Below, piece by piece: positions 1 to 13,568 of a stretch of 64,000 nt of DNA; position 1 is the stretch's first letter; the number at the start of each line of letters is the position of its first letter. Position numbers and translations under genes: made by a program. The notes under the pieces were generated by a model that saw nothing but the letters and a program-made list of their open reading frames with translations, did not search any database and was not told the origin of the DNA. Location of the stretch: NCBI GenBank assembly GCA_051294375.1, contig CM119264.1, forward strand, positions 8,410,268-8,474,267, in the 5' to 3' direction. The DNA comes from Paraspadella gotoi. Lineage: Eukaryota; Animalia; Chaetognatha.

Positions 1-250
1 GCAGATAAAAGAAGGAAAAAAAAAGGAAAAAATAAGGAGAGAAAATGAAATGAAATGTCGATGACTGAGTGACGGCGGAAGCTGAATGAAAAATAAGGGG
101 AAAAAATCTGTGATATATAAAGACGAGAAACGAATGTGATTTCTGTGAAAAGAGAGAAAAAATAACTGTGAGTGAAGTTAGAAATACAGGGTACTTTTTT
201 TTAATGGATACGAACGGTCATATCGGTTTTTGAATTAAGTCAGTACTTTT

Positions 251-305
251 AATTATTACTTATTACTTATTATTTATTACTTATTACTTATTATTTACTT
301 ATTAC
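251..305. repeat. 7-bp TTATTAC tandem repeat (~7 copies)
   Basis: attattacttattacttattatttattacttattacttattatttacttattac read directly. Confidence 0.85.
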
Positions 306-639
306 CCGAGCAGTATTTTTCTAGTTCTTCTGTCACTCCGTATTATTCGTTTCTTAATCAAATTAAGTCTTTTCCTTTTTTTTCGCTGATTGAATTGCAT
401 GTCAGACAACACAATCGATGCTTACTGAGCAACTCGACCAGAAATCGTTCTTTTTTAATTTTATTGAACTATATAGATATTCAATTCTTTTATTGTTCAT
501 TAGTTATGCATCAGGCGGGTAGAATTATGAAGTGATATGAATTTGACTGGACAATCTCAAGAGATAAGTAAATCAAACTTTATCTAGCAAAATGGAATCT
601 AACATGCATCGTTATCACATAAGCCACACAGACTCCCTC

Positions 640-707
<68 letters not shown>

Positions 708-1033
708 GCTCTACTATAAAGAGTCCCTATAATAATTCACGTTTCTCCCCTCTTAACGATCGGCGTGATATGAGGAGGAAGTCCCGCGCGATGAAATGGG
801 AGGCGAGAAAAAAGAAAGAAGAAAATATTAAGGAAACTTTAAAAAAGAGAAAGAGATGAAAGGGAGAATGAGCAAAAAGAAAGTAGAAAATACATTAAAA
901 TAGAAGGAAGAAATAAAAAGGGGAGAATGAAAGCAAACAAGAAAAAAAGAAAGAAAAAGAAAAAAAAAGAATAATAAGAGAGCGAGACAATGAGAGAGAA
1001 AAAAAGAAAGTAAGAAAATAAAAAAGAGGAGAC

Positions 1034-1064
<31 letters not shown>

Positions 1065-2404
1065 AAGAAAACGAGAAAGAAAGAGAGAGCTCTTTCGCCA
1101 AGCATGTTTACATTCAGAGAAGGGGCGACTCTTCAAGGTGCAGAAAAATAAATTCAGAGTCTTTCTCGCTTCAACAGGTTTTTTCGTTCCTTTCTTGAAT
1201 CTCAAAGTCAAACGAGTTTCGTCGTTTTTTTTCTCTCCTATTTCGTTTATCGACCACAAAGAAAGAGAGAGGGAACAAATACTCAGAATCATCTCTCACT
1301 CCTTTTCAATTATACATTGCATACGATATATTACGTATGTAGTAGTAGTGATAGTATAAAATAATCACAGTGATCCGAATCATCTCGTCTTGTGATTAAA
1401 AAGTCTCTTCTCTCCGTGATTCGCTCGTCCGATGTTGACGAAGGTTTATTTTTGGAATCTTAGATTAGTATTCCGATCGGTGATCTTGGTTGGTGATTAG
1501 AACAAACGGTGAGACCCGAAGCTCGCGACTCTCGTTCACGTCTCACGTCTTCGATCACGTGACGCTCCTGGATCACGCGAATCAACCCCTTCGAGAACGA
1601 CCTTTGTACGCGGGTCTCGCGCAGAGAGAAGATCGTGTTCGATGAATGTACGTGTTCGTTCTTACCGTATGATCCAGTCCGGGGTAAACAAAGCCGAATT
1701 CAGCATCTTGTACGGACAATGACGAGAGGAAAAACGCGGACAAAGACGACGACGATGACGACGAAGACTTTAACGACGACGATGACGACGTCGACGACGG
1801 AAACGACTTTTAAAGAATGGTCAGAGTGGTCAAAGAAAAAAAAAGAAAGAGAGAAAAAAAAAAGAAGAAAAAACGCCGGGAAAAAGGAAATGGAATGAAA
1901 GAGGAAGAAGAGGAAGAGGAAAAGAGAAAGAAAGAAAAAAAAGGGATGGAAGTCCAAAGTGATTTTAGCGCAAAATCGAGGAAACGGAAACGAGAAAGAG
2001 AGAAGTGGGGGAGGGAGGGTGAGAGGGAGAGGGAGAGGTGGAGGAGAGAAGATGAAAGGGGAAAGGGAGAGAGGAGGGGATTCTCGAGGATGATTTAAGG
2101 GCGAAAATCTAAAGAAAAAGGTGAGAAAGAATCGTTAACTAAGAGATTAGTAAGCGGAAAGAAAGAAAAACGAAAAAGGGAGAAAGACAGAGACAGAGAC
2201 AGAGTCCTTTGAAGAAAAGCTCTCGCAAGATGCTCGTTGGAATCGGCAGCGAATCCAGATTCCAATCAAAAGCACGTCCACATGGAAGACAATCCCCTGG
2301 GGAGAAGAGAAGCGCGGGATCTCGTGGACGCGAAGAATCGGATTGAGGGAGGTGAATCTTTGGGATGGATGTGATGGAGAGAGAGGAGAGAGAGAGAGGA
2401 GAGA

Positions 2405-2445
<41 letters not shown>

Positions 2446-2724
2446 AGACGAGAGAGAGAGAGAGAGAGAGAGAGGACAAAACTTTTGTTGGAGACAGATA
2501 GAGAAGGACGGAAAACAGACGGATAGATGATAGATAAAAGAAAAAAAGGTAAAACGTGAGATGTAACGAAGGAAATAGTAAATGTTGAAGGAACAAAGAC
2601 GGTGATTGGGTGAGAAAACGACGAGGCTCACATGTTATGGTAAAAAGGAAAGAAAAGGGAAAAATAGGAGGCATTAAGAAAGAGAGAAAAAAAGGCCGGG
2701 AATTAAAAGAGAAAGAGAGAGAGG

Positions 2725-2771
<47 letters not shown>

Positions 2772-3546
2772 AGAAAGAGAGGAGAGAAATTTCCGAGAAG
2801 AGAAGAGAATGTGAGAAAGGAAAACTTCAGTAACTGATGGGAGAGAATAGGGAGGGACAATAGCGACTTCTCTCTAGAAACACAATCCCAGGGGCTGAGT
2901 CAGGCGCCAATTGGGAGGAGAGAAGGAGAGGAGGGGAGAAGGAGGAGGGAGGAGGGAGGAGGAGGATGACAAAGCTGAGCTTTGGGAGCAGGAAGAGAGG
3001 GCGGATGAGACTGTTTAGATGAGGAAAATTGGAGAGAAGAGAAAATTGAAGGAATGAAGATGATGAGGATGTTAAAAGAAAAGTGGGTCCTGGCAAAGGA
3101 GGTAAAAGGGAAAAAAGAAAAGTAAGTATGAACACTTAACGGCAAACGTTTTATTAAAAAGTACAAAGGAGAGTGTTTTAACATAGAAAGGAAAGGAAAT
3201 TCACATTAGTAGAAAGGAACAAAGGTAAATAGTAAGAAAATAGGTTTACAAAAATAAACCTGGGAGACCAAACCAACAAAATTGAGCGGGATGAAAAAAG
3301 TGGGAATAGAATAAAGTTTCAGCTGCTGCAAAACTTGGAAATGAAAAAAAAGACTCTCTAAAAAGTTTATAAGACTGCAATATGCTAAAAAGATTTCAGG
3401 CAAAACCGTAGGCAAAAAAGAATCAAGCAACGCAGTGATGCCCCTGCGGAAGAGAGAGGGAGAAAGAAAAAAGCCTTCGCAGCTGAGACAAAGAAACCCG
3501 CTCGCTTTTTTTTGTTATTCTCTCTTTGAGGAGAAAGAAGCAGAAT

Positions 3547-3662
<116 letters not shown>

Positions 3663-4248
3663 GGCTTTGGCCGAAATAGATAATAAGGGGCAAAAGGTTT
3701 TCAGGTTGGTTGAACCTTTCAGGCGAAAGGCGATGATGATGATTTCGGTCGATTGCTTCGTCGACAGGCGTCGTCGAGACAAAGCAGGAAGGACTGATTA
3801 GGACGGGATGAATCAGGCGGGAATTATGGAGAATCTGAGAATAAGGGGGCCTGTTTAGGACGAGATGTATCAGTCGGACCTGATAGGGACGATGTCGTTA
3901 GAACAGAACTGCTAAAGAGAAACTGAATCTGGGAGTGACTGCTTAAGACGATGCAGAGCGGACCGATGCAGTCAGGAGAGATTTGGTTGAGCTATATGTA
4001 AACGCTTCAGAAAATATTAAATTTATACTTAATAGCATCTTCTTTAGATCTAAATTTCTTTTAATTTCCATTTTCATCTTCATTTTTTATCCTTCTTTAA
4101 AAAAGGGAAAAAAAAAAGGAAAAAAAAAGAGAAGGCCTTCAGATTTTGCGTCTTTTCTCAATCAAAGTGGAAACTCATTTTTGATGATGAACTCGTCACC
4201 TTTCTCTTTTGAGAGAAAAAGACAACTGAATCGAGAGAGAAGAAGAGA

Positions 4249-4279
<31 letters not shown>

Positions 4280-4295
4280 CGAGAAGAGATGATGT

Positions 4296-4432
4296 NNNNN
4301 NNNNNNNNNNNNNNNNNNNNNNNNNNNNNNNNNNNNNNNNNNNNNNNNNNNNNNNNNNNNNNNNNNNNNNNNNNNNNNNNNNNNNNNNNNNNNNNNNNNN
4401 NNNNNNNNNNNNNNNNNNNNNNNNNNNNNNNN
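4296..4432. other. Assembly gap (137 N)
   Basis: N run flanked by AG tracts. Confidence 1.
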
Positions 4433-6298
4433 GAGAGAGAGAGAGAGAGACCTCAGGGTCCTCAGTCACCCAAGACGAAAAATAAATTGGTTCTCTCCGA
4501 TTCTATAAATCTTTCGGAAGAAACGATTTCCTGAATCTCGTCGAAAAAATGTTTAATTTTCTAAATTTTGTTTGTTTCTTTATCTCATTTAGTTGAATAT
4601 TCTAGTATCTCGATTGCCCTGGTCGCGTATTCTCTTTCTTACATTTGAAATTCTAAAAGATCTTTACTTCACGAGCAAATAATCCGTTTTTTTTAAATAT
4701 TTTTTTTTGTAATTGTAATCGTGAACATTAATAAACCATTATTTTGCTATTTTCTAACTAAAAAATTCTCTCTTTCTTTCTCCTCTCTCTTTCCCTTTCT
4801 CCCTATTTAATTTCCCTCAGGATGATTGGCGAATAAAACCTGATGGTTCCTGATTCGATCACCGACATTCGCCATTTTGTTTTATTCCGCGACTCATTTT
4901 TTTTTACGTTGATGAAACCAGTTTTATATGTCGCGTTTTTTTATCATTTTTCTTCTCATGTTTCGAACTGTGAACCAATCCTTTTTTTGAGATCCAACTA
5001 TGCCCACTCACAGTACCATCGGCCGAGTGAAAATTTCGTCCAAACTATTGAATAGTTTAAAAAAAACTCTATGTTGATGTACGTTAAATGCCACAAAAAT
5101 TATGAATAATATTCGGCGGATCGAAAACCCATAAAGTCTCGATCTTTACTGACTATTTCATCGGATAATGTTTCTAATCTTCTCTCTGAATCTCCAAGCG
5201 AACGACCCATCGGGAGGCATTCGAGATCCTATACGGCCTTTATGTGAGAGAGAGAGAGAGTGGACCGGAATGAGAGATGAGAGAGATCAGCCATGGTGTG
5301 GAGGGGGGGACTGAGGGAGATGAGAGAGGAGAGAGAGGAGAGAGAGAGAGAGAGAAGAAGAGAGGGGAGAGAGACGGAGAGAGAGAGAGAGAGAGATGAA
5401 GAGAGAGAGAGAGGAGACTAATAGCGAGAGAGAAAAAATTATACTGTTACCTTGCGTCTTTTCTGTTCATGAATTTGAATATTAAAGCAGTGCGTCATTA
5501 ATGACAATCGACAACATTAGCGCCGCCGTCGCCGCTGCCACCGCCGCCGCCACCGACGCCCTCAGCCGACGTAGCGGGTCATCATCAGTCAGCATCTATT
5601 GTAAGCCTGTCGGCCGCCAGCAAGAATTGGGAAAGCGAGTATAGTGACAAAGAAAAACTTTGAGGAAAGAAAGGAGGAAAAGCAGCAAAGGATTTGAAGG
5701 TTGTGATATTTACAGAAATGAATGGGAACGAAGAAATAATATAGGTAACCGTTTCAATATTGAATCAACAGTAAGTATGAATATTTGGAATATTTAAAAA
5801 AAGCTATTATGGATCAAAACATACTCAGCACGACAAATGCTGAGGCGCTGCCGTCGCCCCCGCCGAGCCGGCCGCCGCCCGCCACGAAAGCCAACCCTCC
5901 GCCGCCTCCAAAACTGTTGCCGTCTCGGGTTTTAACGGGCAGATCCCCGTTGGGCGCGGCCTCCGCCGGAATCAACGGCGTCAATATACATAACGATATT
6001 CGTGTTAATTTTGAGGAAAATTTGGCGCAACGCGCATGGCCTGGAGTAATTGGCCGTGAAAATAGCAGAAGGGACTGCGCTCGATAACGACGCTCTCTCT
6101 CTCTCTTTCTCTCTTCTCTCTCTCTCTCTCTCTACTCTCTCTCTTACTCTCTCTCTCTGTTTCCACTTCATATTCCACCACCCAACTCCTGTAGAATCAT
6201 TTTATTATCACGCCGTTTAAAATTGCCTCCCTGGCAGTTTCGCGTGGAAAAGAGAACGACGAAAAAAAAGACAAAATTATTATTCTCCTCTCTCTTCT

Positions 6299-6380
<82 letters not shown>

Positions 6381-6387
<7 letters not shown>

Positions 6388-6920
6388 GTTTAAATCGGGG
6401 CGCTCAGTGGTTTTTCACGTTGGCGGCGGAGGTCGATGGCCTTGCTTTTTCAAACACTTCAATTTCACTAAAAAAGCCAAATGAGAGATTACGCTGTCGA
6501 GTAAAAACTTTTCGTTGAATCTTTCCTTTTTTCTAATGGAATCCTTTAGTTGCGACTTTGTTACCCATTCGTCAAAAACTTGAACAAAAAGCTACTTCTA
6601 CTCTCTCACTTTCTGTCTGTCTGTCAGGTCTGTTTTGTCTGTCTGTCTCTCTCTTTCTCTCTCTCTCTCTTCTTTTTTTTGGTTAAATCGGCGGTCCTGG
6701 GTTTTTCACCGTGGCGGACGGAGGTCGATGCCTTACTTTTTTCAAACATTAATTTCACTAAAAGCCAAATAAAGATTCGACCGTCGAGTAAAAACTTCGT
6801 TTGAATCTTTTTTCCTTTTTTCTCTAATGGAATCCTTTAGTTCGATTGTTTCCATCGTCAAAACTTGAACCAAGCTACTTCTACTCTCTCACTTTCTGTC
6901 TGTCTCTCTCTCTCTCTCTC
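6381..6920 (+). repeat. ~290-bp tandem duplication (6381-6660 and 6672-6920); first copy is indel-rich
   Basis: Both copies run ttaaatcgg..gtttttcac..ggaggtcgatg..aatttcactaaaa..gtcgagtaaaaact..aatggaatcctttagtt..aacttgaac..agctacttctactctctcactttctgtctgt. Confidence 0.9.
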
Positions 6921-7881
6921 TCATTTCCTATCCCCATCAAATATTTCCCTTTCCTGTCGCACCTGAACTCTCGACCATTAAGACCCAGTCTCTCTCTCTC
7001 TTTCTCTCTCTCTCTCTTTCTCTCTCCTCTCCTCTCTCTCCTCTCCTCTCTCTAGCCGAGTGGGCGATCCGGTATCAAATTTTACCCCTCATCGCTCGTA
7101 AACCTTTTCACTGACTCGATGAAGTCTCTCGAAGAGTCAGCTTATATGTTGTCAATCAATCTCACAGTCCTCTCATTGTGAATCCGCAATAACACAGTTT
7201 CCTCTCTCCTTATGTTTCTCCAACCGATGCTCTTTTTTTTTTTATCGGTTTATTCTCCGTCTTTTTTCTAATGTTTGTGTGTTCCCGTCGCGACGTCGTT
7301 TCCACCTAACTATCCTTCCAATATTGGATTTAGAAATACATTCTTTTAAATTTACCTAGGGGTTTTTTTTTTTATGGATATCACCTGCGCAATTCCAACT
7401 CTCCTATCGAGGCTTCATTCCGTTCCATTCCAACCCATTTACCCTTCATGTGACTTTCATTAATTTCCATTTGGACACTATTTCTCGATATCGTCCACTT
7501 TTGATTTTTTTTTTTTTGCCCCTGGTAGTTTACGTTATACATCATATTTACGTTTAACTTTAGTTTTTAATTTTCTTTTAATTCTCTTTTCGACTTCTTG
7601 TTTTCGATTTTCCCTTTTCAACTCCTTTTTAACCTTTTCTTTTATCTTCAGAGTTCCTCCTTTTTATTCGAGTCCCTCCCAAGTCCCTCTCTATTTATAA
7701 CTCCTTTTCCTTTTCCCCTTTCTCCTTCATCCACCCAGGCTTTTCCTTTTCCCCCCCCTCTTTTCCTTTTTTTTCCCGGTAAATGTTCAGCTTCAATTCC
7801 TCCAATTTCCTTTCATTTCCCTCATTTTAGGCTTTAACCTCTTTTCACAGTTTCGCTCTCCTTTTTCTCCCTTTTTACGCG

Positions 7882-7908
7882 ACTCACCTGACTCACCTGA
7901 CTCACCTG
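7882..7908 (-). repeat. Three perfect tandem copies of CAGGTGAGT (5' splice-donor consensus; also TGAGTCA and CAGGTG motifs)
   Basis: actcacctg x3 on +; seen again at ~19875 and ~27692 in the duplicated copies. Confidence 0.9.
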
Positions 7909-8041
7909 ACTCCTCCGAGTTTTTCCGCTTATCCGTTCCGCTGTGTTGGGGGGATGGCGAATCGAGACAGGGAGAGTGGGGTTTGGGGGTGATGTTGTTT
8001 TGAGATTATCCTCCTTAGCGAATCGCCCGAGTTGTGTGTTA
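7906..8041 (-). CDS. Candidate internal exon (NTQLGRFAKEDNLKTTSPPNPTLPVSIRHPPNTAERISGKTRRSQ), unknown protein, ending in three tandem donors
   Basis: Acceptor-like tcttgccatcatttcccAG, open frame (part of ORF 7834-8058), then CAG|GTGAGT x3; no homology recognised. Confidence 0.4.
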
Positions 8042-8221
8042 CTGGGAAATGATGGCAAGAAAACACGGTCTCGATAATTTAGCTTTCTCTATCATTTACT
8101 ATGTTTTGAGTAAAAAGTAAATTTTGTACGTAAAATGTTTTGTTTTTGTTTATAGTAGCAACTTTTTTAAAGTTGTAGTGCTGGAAATCGTTAATCATCA
8201 TTGTATGTATGTATCACTTTA

Positions 8222-8350
8222 TGTATATGAAATTGGTACAACCAATATAAAAATTATCCATCCATTTAATATATAAGCTATCTTGTCCCTGACTTTGGAC
8301 AGGCTTTGGTGGTTTAAGGCCTCCATCACACTTGCAAGATAATAACATAA
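8222..8350. repeat. ~125-bp dispersed repeat, second copy at 11901-12022 (possible non-autonomous transposon fragment)
   Basis: tatgaaattggtacaaccaatataaaaattatccat..agctatcttg.ccctgactttggac.ggctttggtggtttaaggcctccatcac occurs twice within copy 1 with different flanks. Confidence 0.8.
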
Positions 8351-10035
8351 CAGGTTTCTGCAAGCTTTTAATCAAGCCTCTCTCACAGACTTGTTTATTC
8401 ACTCCCAGTGAACCTGGCTTCCATATCAATGAAGTGGTATAATATTTCAAAGAATGTTTCAATTGTATGAAAAGACCACTCCCTTAAGTATTAGATCGGG
8501 GAATACTATATTTTACTCCGCACTCGCATCAAAATACAAGAATCCTTAATCCTTATTGTATATAGAAGAATTCATGAACCAAAAATGAATCGTATGATCT
8601 AATTTACCCATTCCCCATTTCACAACTCGCCATTTTACCTCGATATTACTACCGACTCTCTCTCTATCTTCGTCCTCTTTTCCCCCTCTCTACCTCACCG
8701 TATTCATAATGTTCCCCAAGCAGCCTTTTCCTCTCCGACGGCCTTAGTCCTTCGAGGCGAAAGAAGCATCTGCTTTAGTCGATTCACCTCCGCCTTTAAT
8801 CCCATCCAATCGGTGGCGTTGTCTTCCTTCAACGCCGCGCACAAGCTTTTCTCTTTCCTTTCTTAAGTTCCAATCTGATGATTTAATTCATTTTTGTCTT
8901 ATCAATACTTTAATATTGTGTTCAGTTACAAAAGCAAAGGGTCAGGCTTATTCTTGTTTTATTTTCTTATCTCAGCCGCGTATGAGCAAATTATACATAT
9001 ATTTGAGCGGCCCTATTACTGTTCTTTTTTATAGTAACTGCTGTATATTTTTTTCACATCAATGTGTTCCATTTATAGTTCCATAAAGGCTTACTCGTTC
9101 TTTTTTTTGGGGGCAATCAATCCATTCTTCTTTTTCTATTATTTTGGTCACAATGGTAGGTTTATATCTTTTACCCCAATCTTCTTTCTACGCTTTCATC
9201 ACCGTCTCCCAAGACTCGACTGTTTTTCTTTGCTCTTTCGTTTCCGTCTTTCAACTCTATTCATTTTTTCCCTCGTCCCACGCTAACGACGTCATGACGT
9301 CTTCTTATTCCGCCAATCTCCCTCATTCCTTTTCTCTTCCGTCGCGCTAGTGTATTTCTTGGAATCTTTCTTTCTTTATTTTTCTTTTTTGTTTCGTTCT
9401 TCGCCTCTTTTCTTCTTTTTTCTTTCCTTATTATTTCTTTTTTTTTCAGTCCATTTGCGAACTTTCACACTCTTTCTTTTCCATATTCGTTTCGAACGAT
9501 TTTTCTTTTACTTTCTTATTTCGTTTCTTATTTTTTTCTTATTTCTTATTTATTATTTTGTTGACGAAATTACTAGTTTTACTCATTACTCAGTTGTTTT
9601 TTTTCTTTTTAAATCCTCAGTGTTCTTTCTGGAATTTTTAGCCGTGTGTCCCTGACTGTTTGGCACAGATTTGAAGATGAAATTTCGATAAAAAAAATTT
9701 GCTATTTTTAAGTCAACACTTTACGGCAAATATTAGGTTAAAATGAAAAAAAATCGGGCATCGAAATCTCATTGTCCTTTACGTTTATGTTTTGGTTTTT
9801 CTTTCTTTCGGCACTTACAACAGATTTTTCGGGTCTTCGTGTACAGAGAAAACGTCAAAGAGGCATTTCACGTCGTCCTTTCTGTATCACTGGTTTATTG
9901 TCTCTCCTGCTTTTTCTTCTCCACGTCTGACCTTTCATCTTTTCATTTTTTCACGTTTTTCTCAACAGGTTCTCTCTTTTTTCTTTTTTTTCTATCATTC
10001 TTTCTTTTAGACTTTCCTTCATTCTTTCTGTTTTT

Positions 10036-10036
10036 C

Positions 10037-10116
<80 letters not shown>

Positions 10117-10450
10117 TCCTTTCCTTCCTTTACCTCCACGCCTTTCCTCCGTTTTTTTTCCTCCGCCCTTCTCGAATTATCGGCGAAAAAAGAGCGAGTG
10201 AAGCAAATCTGGATCAGAACCGGGTTCAACCTCAATCTCGTTCCTTTTCCTCTCTTCTCCATTTTCTCCTCCTTTTATTCCTCCTTTTCCCCTCCTTTTC
10301 TTCCTTCTTTTCTTCCTCCTTTTTCCCTCCTTTTTCTCCTCCTTTTCTTGCTCCTTTTCCCCTCCTTTTTCTCCTCCTTTTCTTCCTCCTTTTTCCTCCT
10401 TTTCCCCTCCTTTTTCTCCTCCTTTTCTTCCTCCTTTTCCTCCTTTCTCT
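10036..10450. repeat. (TTTC)n microsatellite followed by a ~12-bp TTTTTCTCCTCC polypyrimidine array
   Basis: Read directly; source of FLSF/SSFS ORFs. Confidence 0.9.
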
Positions 10451-10581
10451 CTTTCGGTTTCTGCTTTTATTTCTCTCCTTATGTCTTTTCACTTTCCCGC
10501 TTTATTCATGAGATAATTTTTGATTCCAATGTTTCCTAATTCCTTCTTCTACCTTCCAAATTGTATTATTCATTTTCCTCC

Positions 10582-10785
10582 TTCATCGCTTCTTTTTATT
10601 TCTTCAACTTCAACCACTTCAAGTCACCTTTTTTTACCTTCTTTCTTCATTTAATACCTTCACGATTCTCTTTTCATCTTCTTTTCATCGCTTCTTTTTA
10701 TTTCTTCAACTTCAACCACTTCAAGTCACCTTTTTTACCTTCTTTCTTCATTTAATACCTTCACGATTCTCTTTTCATCTTCTTT
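10582..10785. repeat. Two-copy 102-bp tandem duplication
   Basis: ttcatcgcttctttttatttcttcaacttcaaccacttcaagtcacc..ccttcacgattctcttttcatctt repeated with period 102; also present in copies 2 and 3, so probably genomic. Confidence 0.9.
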
Positions 10786-11127
10786 ACAAATTATCCTCTT
10801 TTTACTTTTCCTCGCAATTTTCCCGTATTTCTTTTCCTTCTCATTAACTTCCATCTTCATTCTTTTATCTTGCTAATCCTGGTCCCTTTTTTCCTCGTCT
10901 ACTTTTCTGATTACATTCGTCAATCGGTCCCATCCGACCAACTTCCCCTTCCTCTTCTCCCAGCTCCTCTCTTTTGCTTCTCTGACTTCTCTTCCTCCTC
11001 CTCCTCCTCCTCCTTTTTTTTACCTCGCCACGGTTTGGTCTCCAGGCAACTGAATGGATGTCATTCCCGCATAACGACATCCCGCCACCGAGTGTTGCAT
11101 CTGCTTTCTTCTCTCTCTCTCTCTCTC

Positions 11128-11193
<66 letters not shown>

Positions 11194-11473
11194 CTCTCTC
11201 TGTTCTCATTTGCATCTACTTCTTGTAACTTTTTAGTTACTTTTATCGTTTTAGTGACATTTGTTGTCGCTCTTCCGAAGTGAATTAGTTGACCCCGAAA
11301 GAAAGCCATCGATTTTTGGTTTTACAACTTTTGCAAATGTCTTAGTAAAAGAGCTGTTGTGATCAGCAAAGAGTTAAAATAAGGCTGATTTTGTGAAACG
11401 TGTATGCGTTGCACATACTGTTACCGGCCAACGTTTGAAAACTAGTTGCAAAAAATTCGAAACCTGGTGAGTG

Positions 11474-11483
11474 NNNNNNNNNN
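11474..11483. other. Assembly gap (10 N) corresponding to ~250 bp of (CT)n plus (ACGTTCGC)n that is spelled out in copies 2 and 3
   Basis: Flanks match the reverse complement of ~15900 and ~16152. Confidence 0.9.
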
Positions 11484-12796
11484 AGAGAGAGGAAAGAAGG
11501 AGATAAGAGGGATAAACGATAAAAAAGATAAAATTCGGGACAAAAACAAAAGAACCGGAAGGGGCGGGGAAGCGAGAACGTGCGTTTGGAATAGACCGTT
11601 AGACGAGAGGGAAAGAGAAGCAGGTGAGTGGAGCGAGGAAAGTGGAGTAGGAATCGCGAGAAAAAAAGAAGTAAAGGAGAAAAAGAAGCGCAATGATACT
11701 GAGAAAGGGAAATAGGAGCAGGAATAATAGATTAATTCGGGAAAGGGAAAATTGGACAATTGAGCGAGATTCGGGTGAAAAGATGCGACAACAGTATGAA
11801 AACGTCCCGGAAATTTAAAAATTAAAATATCAAAAATATAAAAATATAAAAATATAAAAATATAAAAATATAAAAATTCAGTTAACTCCTCAGAATTTGA
11901 TATGAAATTGGTACAACCAATATAAAAATTATCCATTCATTTAATAAATAAGCTATCTTGCCCCTGACTTTGGACTGGCTTTGGTGGTTTAAGGCCTCCA
12001 TCACTCTTACAAGATAATGACATAGCATGAGAGAGACTTAATGTAAAATGTAGTTAGAAAATTGTAGAATTCAGAAGAGTAAAAAAAAATAGATTTCAAG
12101 TCCTTTAAATATTTAAGATACACTTGGAAGCAAAAAATAAAATCATGGTTTGTGGTATTGTTGCTCAGGCTGTGTAGCGACTCACAAGGCTGGGAGAAAT
12201 TTTATGCAATACACCCAACTTAGGATCTTTATTGTGGTGGTCTGTTTCTCCTCACCACTCCTGCCTCCACCAAATCATCACCGTGAAATGTGAAGAGGTT
12301 GTGAGATTTTGTCCCAGACGAGGAGCGGAAAGAGGCTTTCACGCTTAAAGTGAATCGCGCTGTAAAAGAGGAACATTGGATTCACGCGCCACAGGAAAGA
12401 GGAAAGGATTTTGCCCAAGCATAATATATTCTTAGATAAATATTAAAGTTTTATTTGTGTTTTGATAATTATTTAACTAATTATCATTGAGAGACATCGA
12501 GGATTGCAGCATAATGTCCCTTTGTTTTATGACAGCGACGAAACTGCGTCGACAACAACGACAACAAGGAAATCTTTAACTTTTTTTTTTTCAGCAAGAA
12601 AATCGAAATCCTCGTAATGATTCTGAGTCGTTTCCTTTGGTCGCGGAAAAAGATGAACGGAATCTTTCTTTCTTTTTTCTTTTATCTCTTTAGTCTTTTG
12701 TTTGGGCGGGTCTGTGATGGGTTCTTTGTTGAAAGTGACAATGACACGAAAAGATGGAGACGAAGAACACACGAGAGTGAGAGAGAGAGAGAAGAG

Positions 12797-12882
<86 letters not shown>

Positions 12883-13490
12883 AGGGGATGTATGCGCTGG
12901 GGAAAGGAAGCCAAACACGCTTGCGCGTAATAAAGCAATGAAACCGGAGAAAAAAGGAACTTGTGAAAACAAAAGAAAAAAAGAAAAAGGAAAAAAAAAA
13001 AAAACGGTTTCTCTGCTTACACGCTCGAATAATGTAGAAAGATTTATCGGTTGGTTTCGAATACAAAACAAGGATGTTAAGATCAAGTAAGTAAATTATA
13101 CAAAAAATTGATAAATAGGGTCGAGGGCGAAGACAAAAGGAGAAAGCACACGATTTTTTAAAAAAGCAGCGCAGCGCACCACACCGCAGCACCACAACTT
13201 TGCGAGTATCAATACCTAAATGTGTATCAATGACAATATGTTTAGAATTGTCTGTTAAAAATGTTTGTACTGAATGTTTTTATAATCTTTGAAAAAAAAA
13301 ATGTACTGAATCGACTCTGTTGCATTCGAATAAATAGATAGAAGCTACTTTGAGAGTTACAAAAAATGACAAGAAGAAAGAACGACATTGAAGGTTACAA
13401 TGAGGGACGAGACGACAAAGGCGACGCAGTGTGACGACGAGGACGACGACGACGACGACGATGAGCGACGGCTGCTCGTAAGCCGGAAAA

Positions 13491-13568
13491 TTAACGTCGA
13501 CTCGAGTGAAGAATCGCGTCGTGAATCTCGAAGGCGAACGATGAGCGATCGGCAGACTGGGTGATGGG
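13491..13568 (-). CDS. 3' end of the repeat-protein exon (PITQSADRSSFAFEIHDAILHSSRR*)
   Basis: Last PITQS unit runs in frame to TAA at 13493-13491; followed by a (TCG)n-containing UTR-like sequence. Confidence 0.5.
   Translation of the reverse strand, partial: PITQSADRSSFAFEIHDAILHSSRR

Noticed and set aside
828-1292. Long ORFs rich in SLSLSL, ERERER, FFLSF here and throughout the track
   Set aside because: Translations of AG/CT and TTTC microsatellites that lack stop codons; open on both strands and in several frames
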